DNA of 64,000 nucleotides from a virus (lineage: Duplodnaviria; Caudoviricetes): IMG/VR virus record IMGVR_UViG_3300032138_000008, positions 23,670-87,669 of that record. The stretch is one strand, 5' to 3'. The position numbers and the translations under genes are program-made. Below, piece by piece: positions 9,425 through 18,708 of the stretch (the stretch's first letter is position 1; the number at the start of each line of letters is the position of its first letter). Below the pieces are notes generated by a model, which saw nothing but the letters and a program-made list of their open reading frames with translations, was not told the DNA's origin and did not search any database.

Positions 9425-9670
9425 ATGGCTAGAGCAGCACACGTAAAGGTTACATCTAAAGAAACGCACGGACAGGTAGATCGCATGATTCGTCGATTTA
9501 TCAAAAAAGTGAAGAAAGAGAGAATTCTCGAAGACTTTAAAGATCGCCGTCATTACAAAAAACCATCTGTGGCGAAAAAGGAAAAACGCATTCGCGCCGA
9601 ACGGCAACGATTGCGAGATGAGAAAAAAAGAAAGCGCGCTGAAGAAAGAAGGCGCAATAGAAAAATTTAG
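9425..9670 (+). CDS. rpsU: phage-encoded ribosomal protein bS21 homologue
   Basis: VDRMIRRFIKKVKKERILEDFKDRRHYKKPSVAKKEKR matches the bS21 pattern (ALRRFKK..GIL.E...R..YEKPS) with a basic tail. ATG 9425 after TAGGA. Confidence 0.8.
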   Translation: MARAAHVKVTSKETHGQVDRMIRRFIKKVKKERILEDFKDRRHYKKPSVAKKEKRIRAERQRLRDEKKRKRAEERRRNRKI

Positions 9671-9672
9671 GT

Positions 9673-9680
9673 ACTATTTA
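9673..9680 (+). promoter_or_regulatory. putative late promoter motif ACTATTTA
   Basis: Intergenic, 32 nt before ATG 9712. Recurs before many structural genes. Confidence 0.65.
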
Positions 9681-9711
9681 TAATGAATATGAAGAAATTA
9701 GGAGTTTTATA

Positions 9712-10128
9712 ATGGCAAGTCATATTGGATGGTCTCCCCCCGGACTAGCAAATGTGGGTTCCTATCAGGTTTCGGGACAACCTTATATTAGCGGATCTAC
9801 CACACATGCCGCATTACACGAAGAGCAATATCAATTTCCTTACGTGACAAAAAACGTCACAGTTATTAATCATGCGAGTGAAACGATTAGAATTCATTTT
9901 AATTCGACAGGCTCGGGCCCAGTGATTAGCGGAATGCACTATGTCGAACTCGACAGTGATGAAGATTCTTATACTTTCAATGCAAAGTGTAGTCAAATCT
10001 TTATTAGTGCCCCCGGCACGAATAGTGGAAATGCATCTTATTGTGTGATTGCTGAACTTACAGGGATTGATCGCAAGAGTATGTATGCGCTAACTGGTTC
10101 AGGGTTGACTGAACACCTAACAACGTAA
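9712..10128 (+). CDS. putative virion structural protein
   Basis: AGGAG RBS. Ser/Gly/Thr-rich and beta-like. First gene after a late motif. Confidence 0.6.
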   Translation: MASHIGWSPPGLANVGSYQVSGQPYISGSTTHAALHEEQYQFPYVTKNVTVINHASETIRIHFNSTGSGPVISGMHYVELDSDEDSYTFNAKCSQIFISAPGTNSGNASYCVIAELTGIDRKSMYALTGSGLTEHLTT

Positions 10129-10140
10129 GAGGAGCTTAAA

Positions 10141-13053
10141 ATGGGTTTTGGTTCAGGCGAAGGTTTTACCCCAGGAAGACATAATTTAGTTGGAGATTTT
10201 ACTGTTGAAGGCAATATGTCTGCATCGGCAGCGATCTCTGGCGGCTTTTTCTTTGGAGATGGTTCATTCCTCCAAAACGTTACCGGATCTGGTGGCGGTG
10301 GTGGCGGAATTAGCTTTAATGGCTCTACTGCTAATGGAATTCTAACTTACGGCAATGCATCGACCGCAGATGTTGAGTCAAATATTACTTTCAATGGCAC
10401 GCTCTTGGGCGTCGGCGGGGCTAGCCCTGCAAGCATCAGTGCATCTTCAGGTCTTACCGCAAGCTCTCTCCAAGTCAGTGATGGCTCTCGCCACTATGGC
10501 ATGACCAATGAAGGCAACTTGGGGGTTGCTACAGTCACAGGCTCTGGCCTTACGAGTAACATCGAAATTCCATATATCACTGCATCGATGGGTGTCTTGA
10601 TTAAACGCAATGCCGACAGTGCTGATAGAGCCCCCTTGGTGGCTATCTCGGGTGCATCTGGCACCGATGGAGTCGGTGGGGGAGTTCAATCAGCTTTATG
10701 GATATCTGGCTCCGGCAACAACAGCAAGCGCACCGTTGTTAAGATCCTCTCCGATGGGTTTTATCCCCTTAAGCTCCAGGCCGATAATAAGCATTGCGCT
10801 TTCATGATGCAAGCGGGCCAAGGCCTCGATGCCGGCGGGGATAGAGTCCCCCTCACAGAAAGAAACCTAATAACCAAATATCTCCCCCCGGTTGCTCTCC
10901 AATCTGACAACAGTCGAGTTTGGTCATTTGGTGTAGATTGCGAAGAAGCCGACTATCGGCGTTTTAGAATCGTGAACAGCGAGGCGCTAGGAATGACTTC
11001 TTCCAGCGGTTTGGGACTTAGCGCGACCGGCTCCGTTGAAGCAGGAGGCCGCTACGGTGAAGTTTTTTGGGGACTCAACATTGATAATCCTGCACACACT
11101 CTCGATATTAATGGTGGTCTGTGCGTAACCGGAAGTACAATTCTCGGTACTGACGCCACTAGCTCTGTGAGCGTGATTGGTACAATCACCGGCTCGGGAG
11201 TCGTTAGCAACATCGAGATGCCTTATATCACGGCATCGATGGGTGCCTTGTTTAAGCGCAACGCTGACAATGCCGATAGAAGCCCGCTCGTGGCCATTTC
11301 AGGCGCATCTGGTGCCGATGGAGTCGGCTCGAATAATCAAGCATCCTTGTGGGTGTCTGGATCGGGTGTCAATAGTCAGCGCGGCGTAGTACATATTGAC
11401 AGTCACGGACCCTATACTATCACATTGCGTACGCGCAATGATAACACTAATATTATGTATCGAGCCGGCCAGGGCTTGGATTCGAATGGCGACCGCCAGC
11501 CCAAATCTGAAATGAATATTGCCTTTAAAATGGGTCCCCCACCGGATCTGGGAACCGGTACCGGCGGACAATCGCGCGTGTGGGCCCTGGGGGTTGATTG
11601 CCAGACAGCTGATTATCGGCGCTTCCGCATCACAAATAGAACCGGAGTGGCTGTCACTGCCTCCGCTAATTATGGACTTTGTGCAACGGGCTCGTGTGTC
11701 CCCGGCGCACGCTATAACGAAACGTGGTTCGGGTTCAATAATGACAATCCCACAAACACTATCGATATTAACGGTACTCTATGCGTCACAGGAAGCACAA
11801 TCCTAGGAGCCAGTCCCGACGCCCCATACTTGAGCGCAACCAGTTCGGTGATTTGCGGCGGCAGCTTAAGCGCTTCTATAGGACTTACCGCAAGCTCTCT
11901 TCAAATCAGCGATGGTTCCCGCCACTATGGTATGACCAACGAAGGTAAGTTGGGGATTGCTTCATTCGCAGCCAATTGGACAAACGCCGGCAATACAGTC
12001 GCCGACCTTGGAACTGTTACGACTGCTACTTCAATAACCGCCACTGATTTAATCGGCACCAACGTCGATGGGATCATCGGCGCCGACACTGCCCGTGCTG
12101 GTACTTTCGCAGCGATTGTTGGCACGTCATTAAACGTTTCTGAGGGTAACATCACAAATGTTGGAGACATTAACTGCGATAGCATTAGCGTCGACGACGC
12201 AGCGGTTGGGCTTGATATTCAAATGGGTGGAAACACGAGTCTTAACAAGATTTCACTAACCGATGATCTTGCCGATGCTCTTAATATCACCGAAGGCAGC
12301 AACTCATATCTGAAGTTTACTACCAGTAATGGCAGTGAAGAAATAGTAGTGGCAAAAAATATGGATTGCGAGGGCGACCTTGATGTAGATGGTAATGTGA
12401 CTCTCGGAGATAGCGATGGAGACACTGTGACCCTTAAGGGTGTTCCGTCAATTGTAGGCGTCAGTGATACTTCTCCGGCCGATCTCTATTTCAAAGCCGA
12501 TCAATCTGGAGGAGATGAAGATATTGATAATTGGCTTGTCCGCGCATCAGATGGAGGCACACTTAGTATCAATAACAAGGCTAGCACAAGTTATGTAGCC
12601 CAAATGACTCTCTATCCACATGCGACTCAAGCTAGCTCGCTAACAAAGGTCGAAGGACAACTCTTAGCCGGCGCCGCGCTTCTTGTGGGGCAACCAAGCG
12701 CACCCACCAGTACAGGTACCACGCAGAGTAATAACTTAACAATTGCGAATTTGCTCACGCGAATTGTTTACAATAGTAATGGGGCCGGCGGTGCAATCAC
12801 ATACACCTTACCCACAGCGGCAGCTATTGTTGCTGGGCTTACATCGGCTATTGGCAATGCGGTAGCCGGAATAACTTTTGATTTTAGTGTCATAAATGTA
12901 GATGCGTCCCAAGACATTACCGTCGCCACCAACACTGGTTTAACACTGGTTGGGGGAATGGTTGTCGAAGTCGGTGAATCCGCCACATTCCGCGTTTATA
13001 TCACGAACCACGTTGGCAGCAGCGAAGCAGCTAGCATATTTAGGTTGGCATAA
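10141..13053 (+). CDS. fibre-like virion protein with internal tandem duplication
   Basis: 970 aa, G/S/T/A-rich, with two ~220-aa repeats and a C-terminal TYTLPTAA...FDFSVIN domain. Confidence 0.7.
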   Translation: MGFGSGEGFTPGRHNLVGDFTVEGNMSASAAISGGFFFGDGSFLQNVTGSGGGGGGISFNGSTANGILTYGNASTADVESNITFNGTLLGVGGASPASISASSGLTASSLQVSDGSRHYGMTNEGNLGVATVTGSGLTSNIEIPYITASMGVLIKRNADSADRAPLVAISGASGTDGVGGGVQSALWISGSGNNSKRTVVKILSDGFYPLKLQADNKHCAFMMQAGQGLDAGGDRVPLTERNLITKYLPPVALQSDNSRVWSFGVDCEEADYRRFRIVNSEALGMTSSSGLGLSATGSVEAGGRYGEVFWGLNIDNPAHTLDINGGLCVTGSTILGTDATSSVSVIGTITGSGVVSNIEMPYITASMGALFKRNADNADRSPLVAISGASGADGVGSNNQASLWVSGSGVNSQRGVVHIDSHGPYTITLRTRNDNTNIMYRAGQGLDSNGDRQPKSEMNIAFKMGPPPDLGTGTGGQSRVWALGVDCQTADYRRFRITNRTGVAVTASANYGLCATGSCVPGARYNETWFGFNNDNPTNTIDINGTLCVTGSTILGASPDAPYLSATSSVICGGSLSASIGLTASSLQISDGSRHYGMTNEGKLGIASFAANWTNAGNTVADLGTVTTATSITATDLIGTNVDGIIGADTARAGTFAAIVGTSLNVSEGNITNVGDINCDSISVDDAAVGLDIQMGGNTSLNKISLTDDLADALNITEGSNSYLKFTTSNGSEEIVVAKNMDCEGDLDVDGNVTLGDSDGDTVTLKGVPSIVGVSDTSPADLYFKADQSGGDEDIDNWLVRASDGGTLSINNKASTSYVAQMTLYPHATQASSLTKVEGQLLAGAALLVGQPSAPTSTGTTQSNNLTIANLLTRIVYNSNGAGGAITYTLPTAAAIVAGLTSAIGNAVAGITFDFSVINVDASQDITVATNTGLTLVGGMVVEVGESATFRVYITNHVGSSEAASIFRLA

Positions 13054-13763
13054 TGGGTAATTTTGGATGGGCGTATATAAACTGTTCAGATACCGGGTCG
13101 GCCACTGGCAATGCCAACGGACCATCCGGCTCTGTGCAATACATGACAGGCGCAGGAGACACGTTCTCCTCGGGCTCGGCTAATTTTACATACCAGTCGG
13201 CTCACAATCTATTGCAGCTAACAGGAACGCTTTCGGTTACAGGCACGATTAGCGCCAGTCACATGCACATTGAAGATGTGACGGTGATTGATGCAACCGG
13301 ATCAACTAAGTTTGGTAACAGTAACGATGACACCCATATTCGAACAGGCAGCCTATCTGTATGGAAAGCTGACGGCGCCGGATATGTGTTAAGCGCCTCG
13401 GTAGCCGAAACACGCGTTTATATTACAGGCTCGGGCGGCCTTACTGTATCTGGCGCATTCCAAGGTAACTATCGGAATGTGCTCGTCGACAAGGTCACAG
13501 CGTCGGCTGGAGACTACATTGTAGGAATCAATGTGGGAGACTTGCGCACCGATTTCAGGCTCCCCAGCGCCGCCACAGTTGGCCGCGGCGGCATTGTAAT
13601 CGTAAAGGATGAATATCCCGGGTCGCGCTCCACAGGATCGGCAATTCACATTTCAGGCTCTGGTGCTGATACAATTGATAATGCAACCTACTATTTACTA
13701 ACAGGCTCAATGCCTGCTATTCATCTGTATTCAAATGGTGCTACTGAGTGGTATGTATTCTAA
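13053..13763 (+). CDS. fibre/decoration-like virion protein, paralogue family
   Basis: G/S/T-rich, with C-terminal LP..G..IVKD...IDN...WYVF domain. Confidence 0.6.
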   Translation: MGNFGWAYINCSDTGSATGNANGPSGSVQYMTGAGDTFSSGSANFTYQSAHNLLQLTGTLSVTGTISASHMHIEDVTVIDATGSTKFGNSNDDTHIRTGSLSVWKADGAGYVLSASVAETRVYITGSGGLTVSGAFQGNYRNVLVDKVTASAGDYIVGINVGDLRTDFRLPSAATVGRGGIVIVKDEYPGSRSTGSAIHISGSGADTIDNATYYLLTGSMPAIHLYSNGATEWYVF

Positions 13764-13781
13764 TGGAGGCTCTGGTGCTTT

Positions 13782-14417
13782 ATGGCATACAACACTTTAT
13801 CTGGCACTGTAATAGCCGCCCAAGAGTATCTTCCCGGTGACTTAATAGTTGGCAACATACTCTCAGGAAATCTGAGCACATCAGACGGCAGTGCAATTAT
13901 TAATGTGCCGCGCCTCTCTAACGCCACCAATAACGCCATCCTTACCAATGTAGGTGGTGATGCTAATGACATCACATGTGAAAGCAATCTCACATTTGAT
14001 GGCGATGTGCTCAACGTTACCGGCGATCTTACGGCGAGTATTGGTGTCAAGGCCACTTTCTTCGAAGGTGATGGAAGTCGCTTAACTGGCATTACGGCGG
14101 GCACAGGATCAGGGGATCGAGTAACCGCAACTGCCGCAGTACAGGGTACTACTCTGACAGCCGGCTTTAACTATTTCACAGGGGCATTGGGGTCGGCAGT
14201 GACGACAATGACTGTCTCCCTGCCTGAAACACCTACTCCCACATTAGGTGATCTTGTGCACATCAAAGGTCCCAGCAATTGCAGCCCTGTACGCATTGTG
14301 ACTATCACCACTTCGGGTAGTCACACAATTGACGGTGTTGATTCTATTACACTGAACTCACCCTACAGTGCGGTCTCTTGTGTATACGCATCTTCCGGAT
14401 CTTGGTTTATTTATTGA
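13782..14417 (+). CDS. fibre/decoration-like virion protein, paralogue family
   Basis: MAYN start and C-terminal LPETPTPTLGDLVHIKGPSN...IDG...WFIY domain. Confidence 0.6.
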   Translation: MAYNTLSGTVIAAQEYLPGDLIVGNILSGNLSTSDGSAIINVPRLSNATNNAILTNVGGDANDITCESNLTFDGDVLNVTGDLTASIGVKATFFEGDGSRLTGITAGTGSGDRVTATAAVQGTTLTAGFNYFTGALGSAVTTMTVSLPETPTPTLGDLVHIKGPSNCSPVRIVTITTSGSHTIDGVDSITLNSPYSAVSCVYASSGSWFIY

Positions 14418-14522
14418 GAGTCCGAAAATGCAAAAGTTGAGTAGACATGCTTCTAAAGGCACCATATTTGTGATTGGCGCCCCGAGCGGCATATAATTTA
14501 TTCAATTTAAGCGACCCTAAAC

Positions 14523-14530
14523 ACTAATTA
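14523..14530 (+). promoter_or_regulatory. putative late promoter motif ACTAATTA
   Basis: Intergenic variant of the recurring motif, upstream of 14627. Confidence 0.5.
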
Positions 14531-14626
14531 ATAGCGAGCCTCATCTTCATAGATGTGGCTTGAGTGGGTGAGATCTATCTTTACCTACTCGCCTAAAAAA
14601 AACTATAATATGGAGGGTTTTATAAT

Positions 14627-15973
14627 ATGGCTTATAAATTTCAATTAGGTGGTGCGATTCTTAGCGGTGCCTTAAATGTAAAAGGAGACTTGACAGCTAG
14701 TACTGACGTCAGTGGTGCACTGGTCAACATCTCCGCATCCAACTTCCTCGTTGGTGGTGGGTTGCAGATGGCGCGTGTTACAGCTTCATCGAATTTCAAT
14801 GCAGTTGGAGGAGACGGTCTCATGTGGTTGAACTCGCAAGATGGAAAGGTGGTCGCAATGACCCCAACCGCGTTCGCTAGTAATTTAGCGGGCGATGGAC
14901 TTAAGTCTACTACCGGCTCTGTCGTAGTGAACGTTGACGATTCAACTATCAATATTGATGAAGATAAAATTCAAGTCAAAGATCTTGGTATTGGAACAGG
15001 TCAACTTGGTACGGGTTCTGTAACTCGCGCCAAGATCGGACAAGATGCGGTCGGACCTGCGCAGATTAATATCTTCGACGACGGCTTGGCCCCAAATAAC
15101 ACTCAATTCTTAATTGCTGATGGCACTGATTTCAGTTCCTTTGCGTTAAGTGGTGATGTGACTGCTACCGCCGCCGGCGTTGTTTCGATTGGTGATAATA
15201 AGATTGTGACCAATCTGATTCTTTCGGGTGCTGTCACCGGTCCCAAGATCGGCGATCAGCAGATCGTTCAACGCAACCTTGCAACTGGTTCTGTAGAAGT
15301 AAATGCGATCAAGCAAGGGGCTGTTACAATGGCTGCACTAGCTACTGGTTCTGTAGAAACGGCGGCTTTTGCCTCCGGCTCTGTAACTCGTGCTAAGATT
15401 GCAGGCCAAGCTGTTAATGTTGAGCAGTTGTCGGCAGACGTTGCTGGCGAAGGTTTGGCTGGCGCCAACGGCACGCCGGTGTCACTGGATGTGTCAAGCC
15501 TTACTACTGTCTTAACCGGATCGGCACTGGACGGTTTGGACGTATTCGCTGCTTTCGACGTGGGCGCAGGAGTACAAAAGAAGTCTACTTTGGCTGATAT
15601 AGCTACAAAGATGGCTGGTAGTGGTATTACTGCTACTAACGGTGTCTTAGCTGTTGGTGCTGTGACTGGGTCTGGTGACTCAATTACTGTAACTGCGATT
15701 GCGGATGGCGACGATTGTGTAGCCGGAATCAACTATTTCACTGGTACAATTCAACCCGGTGAAGGCAAGATCGACGTGAATTTGCCGGCGAGTCCCACTG
15801 TGGGCGACGTCGTCATGGTTAAGGCCCCGAGTAACTGCGGCCCGCAGAATCGTGTCGAAATTGGAGTGCAAGGTAGCCACAAAATTGATGGTATTACCGA
15901 CGTCATCTTAGATGATACTTACGCTGCTGTTAATTTCGTTTACGTTGTAGCTAACAAGTGGTCTATTGTCTAA
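14627..15973 (+). CDS. fibre-like virion protein with GSVTRAKI-type repeats
   Basis: MAYK start, ~10-aa repeats (GSVTRAKI, GAVTGPKI, GSVETAAF), and C-terminal LPASPTVGDVVMVKAPSN...IDG...WSIV domain. Confidence 0.65.
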   Translation: MAYKFQLGGAILSGALNVKGDLTASTDVSGALVNISASNFLVGGGLQMARVTASSNFNAVGGDGLMWLNSQDGKVVAMTPTAFASNLAGDGLKSTTGSVVVNVDDSTINIDEDKIQVKDLGIGTGQLGTGSVTRAKIGQDAVGPAQINIFDDGLAPNNTQFLIADGTDFSSFALSGDVTATAAGVVSIGDNKIVTNLILSGAVTGPKIGDQQIVQRNLATGSVEVNAIKQGAVTMAALATGSVETAAFASGSVTRAKIAGQAVNVEQLSADVAGEGLAGANGTPVSLDVSSLTTVLTGSALDGLDVFAAFDVGAGVQKKSTLADIATKMAGSGITATNGVLAVGAVTGSGDSITVTAIADGDDCVAGINYFTGTIQPGEGKIDVNLPASPTVGDVVMVKAPSNCGPQNRVEIGVQGSHKIDGITDVILDDTYAAVNFVYVVANKWSIV

Positions 15974-16008
15974 TTTGAGTTTTATCTCTTACTAAGATAA
16001 TGTTTACT

Positions 16009-16040
16009 GGGCGTCCCTCCTTGTGGGGGGCGCCCTTTTT
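16009..16040 (+). terminator. intrinsic terminator
   Basis: GGGCGTCCCTCC-TTGT-GGGGGGCGCCC followed by TTTTT, after 14627..15973. Confidence 0.85.
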
Positions 16041-16044
16041 GCGT

Positions 16045-16052
16045 ACTACTTA
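16045..16052 (+). promoter_or_regulatory. putative late promoter motif ACTACTTA
   Basis: Directly after the terminator and 5 nt before ATG 16058. Confidence 0.45.
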
Positions 16053-16057
16053 CTATT

Positions 16058-16288
16058 ATGAGAACATTAGACTTACACGGTGCCCATCACACCGCCGTTC
16101 AAAGTAAAGTTGAGAATTTTGTCTTAAGCTACAGCGTGCCTCTCCGCATAATAACGGGAAACTCCACTCGAATGCAGGCGCTAGTACGCCAGATCTTAGA
16201 AAGATACGATTTTGGCTTTTATTATGAGAGCGATTATAATTTGGGAAGCCTAATTATCACAGATAACACCAAATACTGGTCCAACTAG
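16058..16288 (+). CDS. stand-alone Smr (small MutS-related) domain protein
   Basis: TLDLHG at the N-terminus and LRIITGNS match the Smr DxH and ITG signatures. 76 aa. Confidence 0.7.
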   Translation: MRTLDLHGAHHTAVQSKVENFVLSYSVPLRIITGNSTRMQALVRQILERYDFGFYYESDYNLGSLIITDNTKYWSN

Positions 16289-16304
16289 AAGGTACAAACA
16301 TAGT

Positions 16305-17411
16305 ATGGCTTATAATATTGCGCAATTTCCTCTCGAAACCCCCCTTGTGGGATTGGGAGAGGAAGAGCGAGAACAGCTTAAGAAGATTGACAAGGTTGAT
16401 CATGCGATTGACAACTTTTCCGATGAGAAGATCGGCGGCCAAAAGATCTTTACGCAAACAGTAATTGCCGAAGGTTATAAATTGCACGACGGAACGCTCT
16501 TAAAGCCCGTAGCAGTCGAGACCATCAAAAACAATCGTGCTTCCGGTGTTCTGATAGCCAATGGCGACAAAACCATCACAGCAGCCGCCAACCTCGCATG
16601 GGATGGACACACGCTAACCGGTGAAAATTTGAAATTCAACAATATTTATGGATCTGGAGAGAACCTAATCGATCTCCCCGCGGAGAACTTGCGAGGACTA
16701 GTCCCAGCCAAGAGTTTAGACCTGCGCAAGAACGGCGCTCTTGCTGTCGAAGACGACCAACTAACATTAAGCTTTCACACGGTAGGTTCTATCAAAATGA
16801 ACGGACAAACCCTGGCAGACGGCGACAGTATTTTGGTATACGACAACTCGCACAACCTGATCCGCAAATCCACCCTCCAAGCCTTCTATAAAGACTACAT
16901 TAACTCTAAGATTCACCACCCTAGCGGCGAGCAGCACACCCTCCAGTTTAGAAAGGGTTCGTCTTTTGGTTCGGCACCCACATTAACGTTCGACTCCGGA
17001 CAAAACCTTTTGAATGTCCACGGTCAAGTCTCGACGCTAACTTTGAAAGCCAGCGAACAAGTACAACTAGACGGCCCCGTGCTACACAGTTCAGCGCAGC
17101 ACCAAAACATTACTACTGTATCTCAGAAGGACTACAAAGTCGGACCCGACGACTATACTATCCTGGCAGACACCTCCGCCAACAATGTGTGTGTGGTGCT
17201 TCCCGACGCCAGCACAAACCGCGGCCGCCTCCTTAATATTAAGGCAGTTCATACCGAAAAATACACCCTCAAAGGAAACGTTTTAACCATCAAGAGTGCC
17301 GGCGGTTCAATCGATCTGTTCGAGGATATCAAATTAAAAATGAACACTTCTTCTCGCTGTCTTCAATCAGACGGTGAAAATTGGTGGATTATCAATAGTC
17401 GCGGCTCATAA
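16305..17411 (+). CDS. fibre/decoration-like virion protein, paralogue family
   Basis: MAYN start and C-terminal VVLPDASTNRGRLLNIK...IDL...QSDGENWWII domain. Confidence 0.6.
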   Translation: MAYNIAQFPLETPLVGLGEEEREQLKKIDKVDHAIDNFSDEKIGGQKIFTQTVIAEGYKLHDGTLLKPVAVETIKNNRASGVLIANGDKTITAAANLAWDGHTLTGENLKFNNIYGSGENLIDLPAENLRGLVPAKSLDLRKNGALAVEDDQLTLSFHTVGSIKMNGQTLADGDSILVYDNSHNLIRKSTLQAFYKDYINSKIHHPSGEQHTLQFRKGSSFGSAPTLTFDSGQNLLNVHGQVSTLTLKASEQVQLDGPVLHSSAQHQNITTVSQKDYKVGPDDYTILADTSANNVCVVLPDASTNRGRLLNIKAVHTEKYTLKGNVLTIKSAGGSIDLFEDIKLKMNTSSRCLQSDGENWWIINSRGS

Positions 17412-17436
17412 TAATAGTCGTTTTGACTTCTGCAGC

Positions 17437-17444
17437 ACTATTTA
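17437..17444 (+). promoter_or_regulatory. putative late promoter motif ACTATTTA
   Basis: Intergenic, upstream of the scaffold-MCP operon. Confidence 0.65.
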
Positions 17445-17477
17445 TTTTGAATTAGTGCCATTTGTAGGAGTATATTA

Positions 17478-18674
17478 ATGTCCCACTTGTTAAGAGACGC
17501 GATTGTCGACGCAAAAGCTCTGCGCGAAGCCGCGCTTAAAAACGCGGAAGCTTCCGTAATCGATAGATATTCAGAAGAGGTGAGAAGCACCCTTAACGCC
17601 CTTCTGGAGCAAGAAGAGGAAGCCCCTCTCGACCTTGGTGCAGACTTAGCAGCGCCTGATGCCGGTGCTGAGACCGGCGCACCCCCCATGGATTTGGGCG
17701 CCCCCGAAGAAGGCGCGCTCGAAGAAGGCGAAGCCGAAGAAGTGGCCGAAAACATTCCACTCGCTGCGACTGACGGACTCTCCGAAAACGAGGGTGAAGG
17801 CTTATCCCGCCTCCCACGTTCCGGCGAAGACGTCGAGGTAGACATTAACCTTGATGCCCTCCAAGAAGCCGTACAACAGCTTCAAGGTGAGCAGGAAATC
17901 AATCTTAACGAAGCAGATTTGTATGCATTGTTGGAGGATGCCGATCCACTGGGCGCCCAAGAATCCGGCGAAATGGCCACCGATCCCGACACCGAGAAGG
18001 AAGGTGGTGCCCAAGGCGAAGCTGATGCGGCTGAAGAAGCCGCTGAAAGTACAGAGTTTGAAGCTTCGGATGATGCCGGCGTAGGCCCCACCAAAGAATC
18101 CCTCGATATTTCCGATGAATTTATTGATTCCATCGTAGAAAGGCTTACAGTTGATATGGGTGCAGACTTAACTGGTTGGGCTGGAAGCTCCACCGAAGCC
18201 ATGCGCTACCAAATGGAAAAAGAATTTGCTCGCCGTCGCAGTACTGACGTCGAGGACAATATGAACGATTTGAAGAAGGCTCAAGAAGAAGTTGTTTTCG
18301 AAAATAAACGACTTAAAGATAGCCTTACACAATACAAGCAAGCAACTCAACAGCTTAAGGAAAGTCTACATGATGTAAACCTTTCGAACGCTCGCTTGCT
18401 TTACACGAACCGTGTTTTGAGAAATACCTCCCTAAATGAGCGGCAAAAAACAAAAATTGCCGATGCTATTTCAAAAGCTGGTTCCGTAACAGAAGCAAAG
18501 ACAATATACCGTACGCTTGAAAGCACAGTGGAGTCCGCCCCTAAACGTGGACCACAATCACTTAGCGAAGCAATTGGTCGTCAGCGCACCTCTGTTATTC
18601 GTGCTTCCCGTCAGGAAAGCACACCATCCGATCCAATTGCGGATAGGATGAAAAAACTAGCAGGTATCGCATAG
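17478..18674 (+). CDS. prohead scaffolding/core protein, gp22-like
   Basis: Very acidic with a coiled coil and C-terminal RMKKLAG. Immediately precedes the MCP. Confidence 0.75.
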   Translation: MSHLLRDAIVDAKALREAALKNAEASVIDRYSEEVRSTLNALLEQEEEAPLDLGADLAAPDAGAETGAPPMDLGAPEEGALEEGEAEEVAENIPLAATDGLSENEGEGLSRLPRSGEDVEVDINLDALQEAVQQLQGEQEINLNEADLYALLEDADPLGAQESGEMATDPDTEKEGGAQGEADAAEEAAESTEFEASDDAGVGPTKESLDISDEFIDSIVERLTVDMGADLTGWAGSSTEAMRYQMEKEFARRRSTDVEDNMNDLKKAQEEVVFENKRLKDSLTQYKQATQQLKESLHDVNLSNARLLYTNRVLRNTSLNERQKTKIADAISKAGSVTEAKTIYRTLESTVESAPKRGPQSLSEAIGRQRTSVIRASRQESTPSDPIADRMKKLAGIA

Positions 18675-18708
18675 ATACAAATACATATATTATAGGAGGT
18701 ATTTTAAA

